Assembly (NCBI GenBank): GCA_963702205.1
Contig: OY969724.1
Span: forward strand, 3,168,001 to 3,232,000
Direction of reading: 5' to 3'
Length of the DNA: 64,000 nt
Origin: an uncultured candidate division Zixibacteria bacterium
GTDB lineage: Bacteria > Zixibacteria > MSB-5A5 > GN15 > PGXB01
Both the position numbers and the translations under genes were made by a program. The notes beneath the pieces were generated by a model that ran no database searches, had not been told where the DNA came from, and saw nothing but the letters and a program-made list of their open reading frames with translations. Shown one piece after another: positions 8,725 to 19,916 of the stretch (position 1 is its first letter; each line of letters starts with the position of its first letter).

Positions 8725-10329
8725 ATGTCAACCGGAAAATTGTCGGCACCGAAATCGACCTGGCAAAGCCTGACAAGCAGACAGAAAAACGCCCTGTTGA
8801 TCATTATTATCGCCGCGCTGGTGCTTCGGCTGGTGATGGCCTTTGTCTCCGATAGTTTCAATCACCCCGACGAGAATTACCAGATAATGGAGCAGGCCCA
8901 CCGGCTCGTCTTCGGTTACGGTTTCATCCCGTGGGAATACCGCTTTGCGGCGCGTTCGTGGATGGTGCCCGGCATCATGAGCCTGTTCCTGTTTTCGTTC
9001 AAATGGCTCGGCATCGACCGGCCGGAAATATATGTCCCCGCCGTGCACGCTATCATGAGCATAATATCCCTGATCTTCGTGCTTGTCGCTTTCAATATTG
9101 CCACCCGTCTGAAATCACCCCGGGCCGGTCTCTGGGCGGCCTTTATTACGGCCGTGTGGTACGAAATGATATATTTCGCGGTCCGTCCGTTAAGTGAAGT
9201 CTGGGGCGCTCTGTTTTTTATTGTCGGTCTGGCATTGGTCGTTAAAGCAGGTCGGGTTCCGGGTCCCGCATTGCGGGATGAGAAACCCGACAGAAAGCTA
9301 CCATTGACGTCAACAAGCGGAATTTTTTGGGGCACTCTTCTTATATGCCTCAGCGCCGCCATACGAATCGATCTGATCCCCCTGGCCGCGGTCGCGGTTT
9401 TATTGTATGCACCGTGGCGAAACAAAACTCTGCTGCTTACGACCGCCCTGGCTTTTATTGTCTTCGTTGTTTTCACAGGCCTGTTCGAGACGATAACGCT
9501 GGGCAAGTCATTTGAATCGTACCTGCATTATTATTTGGCCGACAAAACTTTCTTTATGCAGAACTCATTCGGCGATACGTTCGGCTACGATTATCTTCTC
9601 TTCCCGGGTTTCGCATCGCTCTTTTTATTTTGGGCCGTCTGGCTGGCGGGCCTGGTCAGATGGAAACAATCCGGGAAAATAGTCGTGCTCTGCCTTGTCG
9701 TTGTACTATCCCATTTTCTGGTGCCGGTCAAGGCTCACGAGATAGACTACCGCCATGTGTTTATCGTGATCCCGCTGACTTTGATTGTCGGTGGAATAAT
9801 CATCTCGAGAATGCAGGGTTTCGTCAAAGATGAGAATATCAGGAAATATTTTGTCCCCGTTATGGTCGTCCTGATAATAATCATCAGTACAGCCGGGGCC
9901 TTCATAAAACTCCCACTGGAGAATAATATCTATACCGGGAAACCGGTCGACGTATACAGTCATTCGATATTCTATAACAACCCCCGCCTGAAGGCATATC
10001 TGTACCTTTCGGGGCAGGGCGACGTCGCCGGGGTTTTGGACGACGCCGGCCTGTGGTTTCGCTCCGGCGGTTATTATTATCTCCATAAAAATGTCCCGCT
10101 GTATTTTTCAAGCAAGCCGCCTCGGGACCCGGCTTATTTCAGCCATGTCGTTTCACGAGAGGGTTCCTACGTCCCGGAGGAATTCGAACCGATTAAGGCG
10201 TTCGATGACATCATAGTCTACCGCCGTAAAGATACAAGTTTCATATACAAGACTGACCCGAATTTCACGTACGATATTTTCCAGGACGGCATCGACAACA
10301 ACCCCGCCCTCCTCGACAATCTTCGTTAA
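8725..10329 (+). CDS. GT-C fold glycosyltransferase, Alg9/PIG-B (GT22)-like
   Basis: HPDENYQIMEQAHRLVFGYGFIPWEY...RSW resembles the PIG-B N-terminal motif; many TM helices. Confidence 0.75.
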   Translation: MSTGKLSAPKSTWQSLTSRQKNALLIIIIAALVLRLVMAFVSDSFNHPDENYQIMEQAHRLVFGYGFIPWEYRFAARSWMVPGIMSLFLFSFKWLGIDRPEIYVPAVHAIMSIISLIFVLVAFNIATRLKSPRAGLWAAFITAVWYEMIYFAVRPLSEVWGALFFIVGLALVVKAGRVPGPALRDEKPDRKLPLTSTSGIFWGTLLICLSAAIRIDLIPLAAVAVLLYAPWRNKTLLLTTALAFIVFVVFTGLFETITLGKSFESYLHYYLADKTFFMQNSFGDTFGYDYLLFPGFASLFLFWAVWLAGLVRWKQSGKIVVLCLVVVLSHFLVPVKAHEIDYRHVFIVIPLTLIVGGIIISRMQGFVKDENIRKYFVPVMVVLIIIISTAGAFIKLPLENNIYTGKPVDVYSHSIFYNNPRLKAYLYLSGQGDVAGVLDDAGLWFRSGGYYYLHKNVPLYFSSKPPRDPAYFSHVVSREGSYVPEEFEPIKAFDDIIVYRRKDTSFIYKTDPNFTYDIFQDGIDNNPALLDNLR

Positions 10330-10482
10330 CATACTGCCGGACAATATAATACAAGGCTTTCAGCACCCCTAATAACGGCCTTACATTTATCTGTACCGGA
10401 ACCATTTTTGTGCATTTTGGTTTTATTTAGAAACAGAATACGGAAGAGTACAAAAGTTAATATTATTCGAACGGAGGTTGTT

Positions 10483-11076
10483 ATGGTAATCAAGATTCTT
10501 CTGGCAGCGGCGGCGCTGCTGCCGATCTTCATGGGTGTATCGCAAGGGGCAGTGCAATACGTCAGCGATCCGGCCCATTCCTCGATCGATTTTTCCGTGC
10601 GACATATGGTTATTTCCACCGTCAAAGGCTTTTTCGACAAATTCGAGGCGACGGTAATGTATGACACTATGGACGTCACCAAATCCAAGGTGAGCGTTTT
10701 GATAAATCCGGCGAGCATAAGCACCAACAACGAAACGCGGGACAAGCACCTCAAGAGTCCGGATTTCTTCGACGTCGAAAAATATCCCGAAATCACGTTC
10801 AATAGTACGAAGATAGAAAAGACGGCGGACGGCCTGGTCATGACCGGTAACCTGACTATGCGCGGGGTGACCAAAGAAGTGTCGTTCCCGTTTGTCATCA
10901 ATGGGCCGATTACCGATCCCTGGGGCAACCAGCGTTTCGGAACCGAAGCCAGCCTGACAATAAACCGCCAGGATTACGGGGTCAGCTGGAACAAGGTTCT
11001 CGATTCCGGCGGCCTGACCGCCGGCAACGATGTCAAGATCGACATTCAAATCGAAGCCGTTCACGCTACCAAATAA
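10483..11076 (+). CDS. YceI family polyisoprenoid-binding periplasmic protein
   Basis: DPAHSSIDFSVRHM...RDKHLKSPDFFDVEKYPEITF; GGAGG SD before ATG 10483. Confidence 0.93.
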   Translation: MVIKILLAAAALLPIFMGVSQGAVQYVSDPAHSSIDFSVRHMVISTVKGFFDKFEATVMYDTMDVTKSKVSVLINPASISTNNETRDKHLKSPDFFDVEKYPEITFNSTKIEKTADGLVMTGNLTMRGVTKEVSFPFVINGPITDPWGNQRFGTEASLTINRQDYGVSWNKVLDSGGLTAGNDVKIDIQIEAVHATK

Positions 11077-11078
11077 AT

Positions 11079-11108
11079 AAAAGGCCGGGCAGCAACCCGG
11101 CCTTTTTT
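11079..11108. terminator. Bidirectional intrinsic terminator
   Basis: aaaaggccggg-cagcaa-cccggcctttttt between convergent genes. Confidence 0.85.
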
Positions 11109-11129
11109 CAAGCAAGTTCTATCGGTAAA

Positions 11130-12875
11130 TTATTCCAGTTTTAAGATGCCATAGCTATTGGGATGATAATCGATTTCCATCCAGTCCGCGACGGCATCCA
11201 GGCGCTTTTGTTTGCGGCGGAAATTAAGATTCACGGTTTTGCCCTTTTGGGCAAGCGTCCCGAACTGCTTTAAAGGAATCCTGGCCTCAAGCGACCAGTA
11301 GCCATCGCCCCGGGCCGTCCTGACCTTATATGTCCCATCCCATTTTTTATCACCGTTGGCGTAACCGTCGGCATCGACGGTAATCTTCGAATCATAACAA
11401 GTTCCCAACGGATTAAAATATATCTGATACGATACCATCGAATCCGGATCAGGTCGTATGAAATACCCGATGCAATCCTCGCCGTACACTGCGCCGTCGT
11501 GGTCCGTGACATTGGCAACGATCGAATCCATATGGGAATCATAGCACACCGCCCCGAGGTACAGATTGTTCTTGTCGTACGCAAACGCGAACACGGTGCT
11601 GTCGGCTCTCACCGGTCGGCCGTTCCAGTCATAAAATTTCTTTACCGGATGGCCCCAGAACAATTCGTTTAATAGCCCGTCGATTTTCATGCTCTTCGCG
11701 GCCGATGCCTCGGCCACGCGGGCAATCCTCATTGGTTTGTGAACCGTGAACTCACGCCCCTCCGTAAACGGCATATCTATCGCGATTTGCGGCAGGGGAT
11801 AAATGCCGCCGCTATTGGCCGCATGGAAAACGCAGGTCTGCGCCTGACCGGAATCAAGATGTATCAGCTGTTCCTGCGGCTGCACGCTCCACGCCGGCGG
11901 AACCTCCCAATAGAGTGTCTCATCGATCACCGATGGAGACAAATTCCTTATGTTCACCGTAAACGTACTGTCCGGCACACCCGAAGCCGACTCGATAAGA
12001 AACGGCTGTTCCATATCGACGGCATGGTATTCGATATCGCGCGCCACCCGCCGCTCGGATGCGGTCAGATCATCCCAGGGCCGGACTCCCCCCTTGTCGA
12101 CTAACGCAATATCAATACCGGGATCGTTAAGTGTCACCCACGCGAAATGATACTGCACGCCGGTCGGTCCGGGATTGGTTTCCGCCCCGCTGCTGCTGAC
12201 CGATAAGTACTTGATGCCGTCATATAGACTGGAGAAATACTCATGATAATGGCCGGTGAAAACGGCATCGACCCCGTACTGCTTGAAAATATTGTGCAGG
12301 GTATCGGGCTTTCCGACCGCAATCGTCTCGTTCCAGAACGGCTTGTGGAAAAACACCAGCGTCTGCGAGGCATCGGTGTGGTCCTGCAAATCTTTTTTCA
12401 GCCACGAAATTTGATCTTCCGGCCAGCCGTACGGATCATCGAAACGGCTGTTGTCGAGGACGACAAAATGCACGGTGTTAAAATCGAAGGAATAATACGC
12501 GTGCGGCCGGTCGCCTTTAAAAATGGACTCCGAGACGTCGTTCCAGATGTCGTGATTTCCGGGGGTAAAATACAGCGGGGCCGTCAGATTCGATACCAGC
12601 GAATCATATTCTCTTTTTTGCTGCATGATTTTCGCCGAATCTTCGACATACCCTTCGATCATGTCCCCCACCGTGACGATGATATCCGGCTTCAACAAAT
12701 TTACTTCTTTCACAATCTCGCCGTAGACGCCCGGCACGTGCCCGCCGGTCCGGTCGCCCAGTACGACCAGCCTCGTCGCAGGAGGCAGGTTGGCGGCGAC
12801 ACCATCATCGGCTGAGACCGATCCGACCATGACCAGCATCAGGATTAAAAACAGTGACTTTGATAAAGACTTCAC
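11130..12875 (-). CDS. Secreted calcineurin-like metallophosphoesterase with C-terminal CBM9-like sugar-binding domain
   Basis: LGD, VGDMIEG, PGNHD, FFHKP, GHYH motifs; C-terminus IDGLLNE...AYDKNNLY...WSLEARIP; GTG start after AGGAGG. Confidence 0.8.
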   Translation of the reverse strand: MKSLSKSLFLILMLVMVGSVSADDGVAANLPPATRLVVLGDRTGGHVPGVYGEIVKEVNLLKPDIIVTVGDMIEGYVEDSAKIMQQKREYDSLVSNLTAPLYFTPGNHDIWNDVSESIFKGDRPHAYYSFDFNTVHFVVLDNSRFDDPYGWPEDQISWLKKDLQDHTDASQTLVFFHKPFWNETIAVGKPDTLHNIFKQYGVDAVFTGHYHEYFSSLYDGIKYLSVSSSGAETNPGPTGVQYHFAWVTLNDPGIDIALVDKGGVRPWDDLTASERRVARDIEYHAVDMEQPFLIESASGVPDSTFTVNIRNLSPSVIDETLYWEVPPAWSVQPQEQLIHLDSGQAQTCVFHAANSGGIYPLPQIAIDMPFTEGREFTVHKPMRIARVAEASAAKSMKIDGLLNELFWGHPVKKFYDWNGRPVRADSTVFAFAYDKNNLYLGAVCYDSHMDSIVANVTDHDGAVYGEDCIGYFIRPDPDSMVSYQIYFNPLGTCYDSKITVDADGYANGDKKWDGTYKVRTARGDGYWSLEARIPLKQFGTLAQKGKTVNLNFRRKQKRLDAVADWMEIDYHPNSYGILKLE

Positions 12876-12964
12876 GGCCCTCCTCCTTTCAGGAAAAATG
12901 AGGAGCCAAAATAGCAAAAGTCTAATCAGTCGGCAAGGATATTTTTAAATGACTCTTTGAAAAA

Positions 12965-13573
12965 TCAGTGAGTTTTTTTGATTTTCATATCTTTGAAAAG
13001 CTCATCCCGGCACTCGGGACAGATACTGTGCGAAAATTCCGCCGATGAATACCTGTGAATGTATTCCTCGACACTGGTCCAATAGTCCTTATCATCCCGG
13101 ATCTTCTTGCACCAGGAACAAATGGGGATAATACCCTGCAACACCTTGACTTCGGTCAAGGCTTTCTTAAGCTCGTCGATTTTAAGGCGGAGCGACGACT
13201 CCAGGTCGATAATCTTCTTGCCGGCGTTGACGCGCGACTTCAGCTCCACGGCGCTGACCGGCTTGACTATGAAATCATCCGCCCCGGCCTGAAAGGCCTT
13301 TTCGATATCTTCCAGGGTTGACCTGGCGGTCAAAACTATAACATAGGTGAACGGTCGGTTTACGATGCCTTTGATATACCGGCAAACCTGAAGTCCGTCG
13401 AGCTTCGGCATCATCCAGTCCAATATGGCCAATTGCAGCTGCTCGTCGCTGTCGAACGTTTCGACGGCGGCTTCGCCGTCTATGGCTATTTCCGTTTCAA
13501 AGCCCCAACGGTTGAGATTGGCCTGAATCAAACGGCCCGAAATCGGATCGTCTTCGGCGATAAGTATCTTCAT
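12965..13573 (-). CDS. Response regulator with C-terminal Cys-rich (putative Zn-binding) domain
   Basis: Receiver domain followed by IPICSWCKKIRDD...SHSICPEC. Confidence 0.85.
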   Translation of the reverse strand: MKILIAEDDPISGRLIQANLNRWGFETEIAIDGEAAVETFDSDEQLQLAILDWMMPKLDGLQVCRYIKGIVNRPFTYVIVLTARSTLEDIEKAFQAGADDFIVKPVSAVELKSRVNAGKKIIDLESSLRLKIDELKKALTEVKVLQGIIPICSWCKKIRDDKDYWTSVEEYIHRYSSAEFSHSICPECRDELFKDMKIKKTH

Positions 13574-13583
13574 TCAACTCCAC

Positions 13584-14306
13584 TTACAAACCCATCGCTT
13601 TAATACGATGAATAATTTCTATATTCGTGAAAGGCTTCGATATGAATCCGTCGGGTTTTTCGGTCGCGCCGGGTTCTTCTCCGGCCTGTTTGCCGTAGCC
13701 GCTCATAAGCAGGAACGGGATATCCGGGTATTTCTCTTTCGAATTCTTCAGCAGTTCAAAACCTGACTTATGGGGCATCTTTACATCCGACAATACCAAT
13801 GATATTTTATTCATCTCCAGTTTTTTCAGCGCCATATCCACCGATTCGGATTCAACCACACGATACCCCTCTCTTTCGAGAATTTGGCGCAGCAACTCAC
13901 GGAACATCGGTTCATCGTCGACCACCAGCACCGCCCCCGGACGATGCTCCAGAGCTTTGTTGATTTTATGCATCAATATTTCGGAATCGACCGGTTTGAC
14001 GATGTAATCGACCGCGCCCAGCCTGCGGCCTTTCACGACCGATTCCATATCGCTCAGGGCGGTACATAATATCACCGGTATCGTTTCCAGCCGTTTCTCG
14101 GACTTTATATACTGCAAAAACGTGAAACCGCTCGCGTCCGGCATCATCAGGTCGGACAGTATGATATCGACCACCATGCCGGTTGTGAAAAATTCTATGG
14201 CCTTGTTGGCAGAATTCATTTCAAAAACGTCAAAATCGTTTTTGCTTAGAATCGCCGACGCCAGTTTCATCGAAACCGGATCGTCTTCAATAATCATCAC
14301 TTTCAT
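13584..14306 (-). CDS. Tandem dual-receiver response regulator
   Basis: Two receiver domains: IIEDD..SDLMMP..KP and VVDDE..SDVKMP..KP. Confidence 0.9.
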   Translation of the reverse strand: MKVMIIEDDPVSMKLASAILSKNDFDVFEMNSANKAIEFFTTGMVVDIILSDLMMPDASGFTFLQYIKSEKRLETIPVILCTALSDMESVVKGRRLGAVDYIVKPVDSEILMHKINKALEHRPGAVLVVDDEPMFRELLRQILEREGYRVVESESVDMALKKLEMNKISLVLSDVKMPHKSGFELLKNSKEKYPDIPFLLMSGYGKQAGEEPGATEKPDGFISKPFTNIEIIHRIKAMGL

Positions 14307-14644
14307 TGAACCGCCTCCTTCATTTTCCGTGAAGCCTCCTCCACAAAAGCCTGAAAAGCTTCCTGCAAAGCCTGATCGACCGGCTTGCCGAAATCGACCT
14401 GGAACCCCTGTATTTCCAGTTCCGCGGCCATGCCTGACAGTTCCAGCGCCCCCAGGTTGGCAGCCGACCCTTTGATCGAATGAGCCTTGCCCCGGAGCGA
14501 CTTGCCGTCGTATTCCGCCAGCGCCCTGCTAATGTCTTTCATTAATTCCGGAAAATACGTTTCGAACGAATCTATCAGTTCCGCCAGAAGCTCCTTGTCG
14601 CCGTCGGCAATGGATAAAGCCTTTTGAAAATCGAACCGCGTCAT
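14303..14644 (-). CDS. Hpt histidine phosphotransfer protein
   Basis: [13 protein letters not shown]. Confidence 0.92.
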   Translation of the reverse strand: MTRFDFQKALSIADGDKELLAELIDSFETYFPELMKDISRALAEYDGKSLRGKAHSIKGSAANLGALELSGMAAELEIQGFQVDFGKPVDQALQEAFQAFVEEASRKMKEAVQ

Positions 14645-17532
14645 TGTTTACCCCCTGTTGGTTCTTGATTGAAGTTTACACCGATGAATTTATTCATCAG
14701 GCTCGTCAGTCTTTTTGGATCGATCGGTTTGCTTATGTAATCATCCATGCCGGCCTCAAGGCATTTTTGCTGATCGCCGGACATGGCATTAGCCGTCATC
14801 GCGATGATAGGCGTCCTTCGGTTGGAAATCGCCTGATACTCTCTGATGGCGCGGGTCGCGTCATAGCCGTTCATGACCGGCATCTGCACGTCCATCAGAA
14901 TCACGTCAAAATCGTTATTTTTAATCATATCGCAGGCCACGTTTCCATCACCGGCCATCGCTACCTCGCAGCCGATTTTTTCCAAAAGCCGGCCTGCCAG
15001 TTTCCGATTTACCGGATTATCTTCGACCAGCAATATCTTACCGGTCCCGCAGGAATTCAATGATCCGGCCCACGCTTCTTTCTCGACAGTCGCACTGTTC
15101 CCGTCGGATTCGTCCGGCCGGAGTTTTATATCATCCTCGCTGGATTTTATCCTGGACAAAATTTCCCGCAGCTTCAACTGCGAGACGGGTTTGGACAGTA
15201 GAAAATCGGCTCCCACTTCGGCCGCGAAGGCCACGTTCTGCCGCTTGTAAGGATTACCGATAAGTATAATCGGGCAGTTTGTCCCGCCGCCCTTGAGATC
15301 GATTCTATCATCCGGATTGTATGTACTTACATCGATCACGTCGGCATCGAGTAAAATCAGGTCGTACGATGATGATTCGTCAGCAGTGTGTTTTAGATAA
15401 TCTCCCCAGCCGGGTCCGGTGTCGACGGATGCCGACCAGGATTCAAGAATTCCGCGCAAAAGGTTCCGGACATAATCGTTCTTGACTATTACGAGCGCCC
15501 ACATGCCCGCCCATGCCGGGTTTTCGGGCATAGTCTTTCCGAACGCTCCTTCAGGCAATTTGAATTCGAGATTGATGTGGAAGGTCGTGCCCGGCCCGCC
15601 GTGGTTTGATTTATTGGTCGGGCTTTCGGCCCGGATTTCACCGTGCATCATCTGGATTAAATGCCGTGATATAGTCGTCCCCAAACCGGTCCCGCCGTAC
15701 CGGCGCGAGGTCGACCCGTCGGCCTGCGTAAAACTGTCGAAAATTTTGTCCAGCCTGTCTGCCGGGATACCGATACCCGTGTCCGCGATTTCAATTTCAC
15801 ACTTTATTGATGTCTCCAAACGCTGCCCGCGTATACGGACGACGATCTCACCGATATCGGTAAACTTTATGGCATTGCCGACCAGGTTCAAAATTATTTG
15901 CCGCAGCCTCAGGGGATCGCCGACTATCCCGTCCGGCAAATCAGGAGCGATATCTATGATCAGTTCGATGTCCTTCTCGACTGCTTTAACCAGCGTCGGC
16001 TCCAGCGCTTTTTCGACCGTTTTACGGAGACTGATATCGACCTCGTCCAGATGCATTTGCCCGGCTTCGATTTTCGAGAAATCCAGAATGTCGTTCAATA
16101 ACGCCAGCAGGCTCTCAGATGAATTTTTCACGACCATCAGATACTCACGCTGCTCATCGCTCAGGTCGGTCTCCAGAGCGAGGCCGGTCATTCCGATAAT
16201 TCCGTTCATCGGGGTGCGGATTTCGTGGCTCATATTAGCCAGAAACTGGCTTTTTGCCTTGTTGGCCTCTTCGGCTTTCTTTTTGGACTGATGAAGTTCT
16301 TTGACAAGCAGCTTCAATTGGGCCGAATTCTGCTCCATATGTTCTTTGGCGGTAATGGCCAATGTCAGGGCTTCGTCCAGTTCCTTATTCTTGGCCACCA
16401 GCTGCGTCGAATAGTGGTTTATTTTTTCTTCGCTGAGTCTGCGTTCGGTAATGTCCAGCATAGCTCCGACGATTCCGCCCAACCGACCTTCGGTGTCCTT
16501 AAAGGTGGCCTTATGGAAGGCAAAGAACCTGGCCTCACCGGTGGTCGTCACGACCTGCCCTTCGTACATCTGCGTGCCTCCGGCGGCCATAAGAGCCAGG
16601 TCTTTCTCCTGATATTGGTCGGCTTTTTCTTTGGGAGATAGTTCATAAACCGTCTTGCCGACAATTTCGCCTTTGCTCTTTCCCATTATTTCCTCAAAGG
16701 CTTCATTACACCCGATATATATGCCATAGCTGTTTTTGAAAAAGACCGGGACGGAAATCGCGTCGACGATAGCCTGAAGAAATGAAACATTGAGGTTGGC
16801 TTCCTTTTCGGCCTCCCGGCGCAGACTGATATTTTTATTGAATTTGCGACCGATGACGATAATGACCCCGACTCCCAAAAGCCAGAAAATGAAATGAAAT
16901 ATTACGTCGTTTACGGTTTCCCCTCCGAGTCTCGCGTAAATCGGCGCCATGGGGATCGAAGCGCTGATACCACCGTGCGGATCGCCCAGTTTATATCCCT
17001 GCGAAGCGTGGCATTTCAGACAAGGGGCTTCGATATACAACGGTTTCAACAACCGCATGTACTCCTGCCCGTCCTCAACCCGGAAATCGTTTACCAGGAG
17101 TTTGCCCTGTTTGACTTTTTCCAGGGCCTGCTTTTCCCACGGATCGGGGGCGTTTTCGGGACGCATCGGCGTGAGGCTTGTCAAGTGCGATTTTATATTC
17201 GACAAAGAACTTTGAAGTTCGTAAACCTGGCGGGTCATATAATCATGATTCACCAGCGTCAGGGCCGTTCCTCCCGACGTGACGATATCGCGGCTCTCCG
17301 CGTCCTTCAGGTACTCATTTGGAGCGGTCGAATCATTGACGGCGACATAAACGCCGCCGTGAGAAGCGTTCCAGCGCCGATAGATCATGTCTTTTTCGAT
17401 CAGGCTTTCGGCCCACAAGGCGGCGGTGGCCTTTATCGTTTTTTCGTGATGCCAAAAAAAGACCACCATCGACAGTCCGACCAAAATTGTCCAGATTATC
17501 AACGGCAACAATATATATTTATGCGCCTTCAT
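14641..17532 (-). CDS. Hybrid sensor histidine kinase: periplasmic heme-c (DUF3365-like) sensor, PAS, HisKA, HATPase, degenerate REC, REC
   Basis: Two TMs flank a domain with [35 protein letters not shown]-terminal LVEDN..MDVQMP..KP. Confidence 0.92.
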   Translation of the reverse strand: MKAHKYILLPLIIWTILVGLSMVVFFWHHEKTIKATAALWAESLIEKDMIYRRWNASHGGVYVAVNDSTAPNEYLKDAESRDIVTSGGTALTLVNHDYMTRQVYELQSSLSNIKSHLTSLTPMRPENAPDPWEKQALEKVKQGKLLVNDFRVEDGQEYMRLLKPLYIEAPCLKCHASQGYKLGDPHGGISASIPMAPIYARLGGETVNDVIFHFIFWLLGVGVIIVIGRKFNKNISLRREAEKEANLNVSFLQAIVDAISVPVFFKNSYGIYIGCNEAFEEIMGKSKGEIVGKTVYELSPKEKADQYQEKDLALMAAGGTQMYEGQVVTTTGEARFFAFHKATFKDTEGRLGGIVGAMLDITERRLSEEKINHYSTQLVAKNKELDEALTLAITAKEHMEQNSAQLKLLVKELHQSKKKAEEANKAKSQFLANMSHEIRTPMNGIIGMTGLALETDLSDEQREYLMVVKNSSESLLALLNDILDFSKIEAGQMHLDEVDISLRKTVEKALEPTLVKAVEKDIELIIDIAPDLPDGIVGDPLRLRQIILNLVGNAIKFTDIGEIVVRIRGQRLETSIKCEIEIADTGIGIPADRLDKIFDSFTQADGSTSRRYGGTGLGTTISRHLIQMMHGEIRAESPTNKSNHGGPGTTFHINLEFKLPEGAFGKTMPENPAWAGMWALVIVKNDYVRNLLRGILESWSASVDTGPGWGDYLKHTADESSSYDLILLDADVIDVSTYNPDDRIDLKGGGTNCPIILIGNPYKRQNVAFAAEVGADFLLSKPVSQLKLREILSRIKSSEDDIKLRPDESDGNSATVEKEAWAGSLNSCGTGKILLVEDNPVNRKLAGRLLEKIGCEVAMAGDGNVACDMIKNNDFDVILMDVQMPVMNGYDATRAIREYQAISNRRTPIIAMTANAMSGDQQKCLEAGMDDYISKPIDPKRLTSLMNKFIGVNFNQEPTGGKQ

Positions 17533-17900
17533 TATTCCAGTATCGACCGGTGTATCGCTAATCGGCCATTAATATTGAATCGTACAATTTGCGTCCGCAC
17601 ATACCTGACGATGTTATTCTCTTTGCAGCACTGCGAATCGAAATCGAATGCCGGTAATTTGCCCCTTAAATAACTCGCAACTAATACCTTTTAAATCGGC
17701 AATAAATAATTCGTCATTAGTCGGCAAGGTGAAGAGGGCGGCTCAAGTAATATTGGCGGATAAAAACCTGGCTGCGAAACGTCCGCTCCCCAAATTTCGC
17801 TGATCAAAATTTGAACAAGCCGGGAAATTTAAATTTTATTGTCATGGAATGGATATTTCCTTACATAAATAAATGAAAACTGACAGAAATCGAAAGGGCG

Positions 17901-18399
17901 ATGATAAGACTAATCCTGATCCGCCACGCCAGCGCCGAAGTAACCAATGCGGACTCCGGTGATTTCGGGCGGCGATTGACCGATGACGGCCGCAAGAAAT
18001 CGGCCCGCATGGCGTCGAAACTGGCCGACCTTCAAATCGTGCCCGATATCATAATTTCCAGTCCCGCCGCCCGGGCCCTGGAAACCGCCGAGATATTCAC
18101 GGAAATTTTGGGATTTCCGGCTAATCAAATCGTGCAGGAAAAGACAATTTACGACAGTGCCGATTCGAGAGACTTTTTTTGGATGCCTCGATGGCCTCGA
18201 TGACGACATAAAGACCGCCGTCGTGATCGGGCACAACCCAACCATGTCCGAATTCGGTTGGTATTTGTGTCCCAGCTTTCGCGGCAGTATGAAAAATGCG
18301 GCCGTGCTCGGTATTGGCTTTGACGATTCCAACTGGAGTTCTATAATCCCGGGGCGGGGCAGGCTGCTTTTCTACTGGACTACCGAAAAAGATAATTAA
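17901..18399 (+). pseudogene. SixA-like histidine phosphatase, frameshifted in a T7 run at 18174-18180
   Basis: LIRHA...ISSPAARALETA in the first frame and VIGHNPT in the second; removing one T joins the frames. Confidence 0.8.
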
Positions 18400-18427
18400 C
18401 CCGGTATAGAGCTCCCAATCTCCTGAT

Positions 18428-19819
18428 TTACCAGAAATCCTGAAAATACTTGAACAGCATAACCGTGATAAACTGCAGTGTTAAGATATAAAGAAATACC
18501 TTTCCCGTGTTATGGGAATATCTCCTGACTATCTCCGATACCGCGACGATGCACACCAGCGGTATCATGAAAATCCACAATCGGCCGACCTCGCCTTTGG
18601 TCTCACCAAAAAAAGCCATCCCCCCCAGAGCCAAAACTGTGATCATTACCGGCCAACGAACGTCTTTGAAACGCTTTGCCAATATATCTTTGACCAAATC
18701 GTACGATGGCATAAAAAACAGCACCGCTATTGGAAGACCCAGCCAGCAGAAAAACTCGATCAGATTCAGCACGCCGAATTCAAGGGCGTTGAATAGACCC
18801 GGCTGCCACGCCTTCCACGCCCGGTGATAGGCCATCGCGTTTTCGAACCGGGTAAGGGCGGAATAATTGAAAGCAGCGTAAAACAACCAGTACATTACCG
18901 CCACCCCGGCCATCGAAAGCAGTACCCCTTTCCACCAAAAGCGCCTTTTGCTGACGGCCGTCATTAGGGCTGCCGCTACCGGCCAGACCACAATCAAGGA
19001 AAACGATACAAAGGCCGCCAGATATACAAAGACCCCGCACAAACCGGCCCAGATATAGTTCGACTTCTGGCCGGCTTTCAGGCCGATAAGAACCGTCAGC
19101 ATAAATAGCATCGGATAGAGCACCTGGTCGAGGTGCAGTATGACCAACAAAACCGATGGCACAATCAGGTACAGGGTCGCAGCCATTAGCGCCGTTTCAT
19201 GATCATACAACGCCCGAGCTACCGCATACAACGGCCAGATGACCAAAAAGGCCAATAGCGGCCAGACCAGACTGATAAACATCGTGAGCTTTATCACGCG
19301 AGGTGCATATGAAGTTGAAGGCGAGATAAACTCCGTAATTCGTTGTGAGACAACGTAAAATAATAGCTGTCCCGGCGGCTTGGTGTGGGCGAATTTGATT
19401 TTGGGATTGTCGGCAAGAATGTCCTCGTAATTAGTGACAACCGGCTTGGCCTCAAGATCGGCGCTGGCCAGCTTAACGAATTCCGAGTGTCCGAAAGACA
19501 ACAGACGAGAACGAAAGCCATCGATGCCGTGGCCGTCGAGAAAACCCGTTCCGACCTGCAATATATATCCCAGCAAAATAAGAACGATTAAAACGGGCGT
19601 CTTACGCTCGCGAAATATGTACACCAGATAAAGGCCCAAAGCGGCAATCAGCGTCAGTGGCACATAGAGCCACGGGCTGCCCGGCGGCTTATCCATAAAC
19701 CGCATAAAATGCCAGAAATATCCGGGGATCATGGTAAATACCGGCAGACGAAATATAATTATAGTCCAGTAAATGCCGGCCAGCCCGGCCGCGACGATCA
19801 ACGGGGTTTTGTTTTTCAT
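18428..19819 (-). CDS. Polytopic membrane protein, probable GT-C (ArnT/PMT-like) glycosyltransferase
   Basis: Many TM helices, HTKPPG loop, GEVGRLWIF C-terminal motif. Confidence 0.5.
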   Translation of the reverse strand: MKNKTPLIVAAGLAGIYWTIIIFRLPVFTMIPGYFWHFMRFMDKPPGSPWLYVPLTLIAALGLYLVYIFRERKTPVLIVLILLGYILQVGTGFLDGHGIDGFRSRLLSFGHSEFVKLASADLEAKPVVTNYEDILADNPKIKFAHTKPPGQLLFYVVSQRITEFISPSTSYAPRVIKLTMFISLVWPLLAFLVIWPLYAVARALYDHETALMAATLYLIVPSVLLVILHLDQVLYPMLFMLTVLIGLKAGQKSNYIWAGLCGVFVYLAAFVSFSLIVVWPVAAALMTAVSKRRFWWKGVLLSMAGVAVMYWLFYAAFNYSALTRFENAMAYHRAWKAWQPGLFNALEFGVLNLIEFFCWLGLPIAVLFFMPSYDLVKDILAKRFKDVRWPVMITVLALGGMAFFGETKGEVGRLWIFMIPLVCIVAVSEIVRRYSHNTGKVFLYILTLQFITVMLFKYFQDFW

Positions 19820-19916
19820 CTAATTCTCAAATTACGGCATAAAGCCCCCTCCCGGCAACCAATAAAAAAGGCGGACGCGCATCCTGCATCCGCCCTAATC
19901 AAATTCAGAAATCGAG

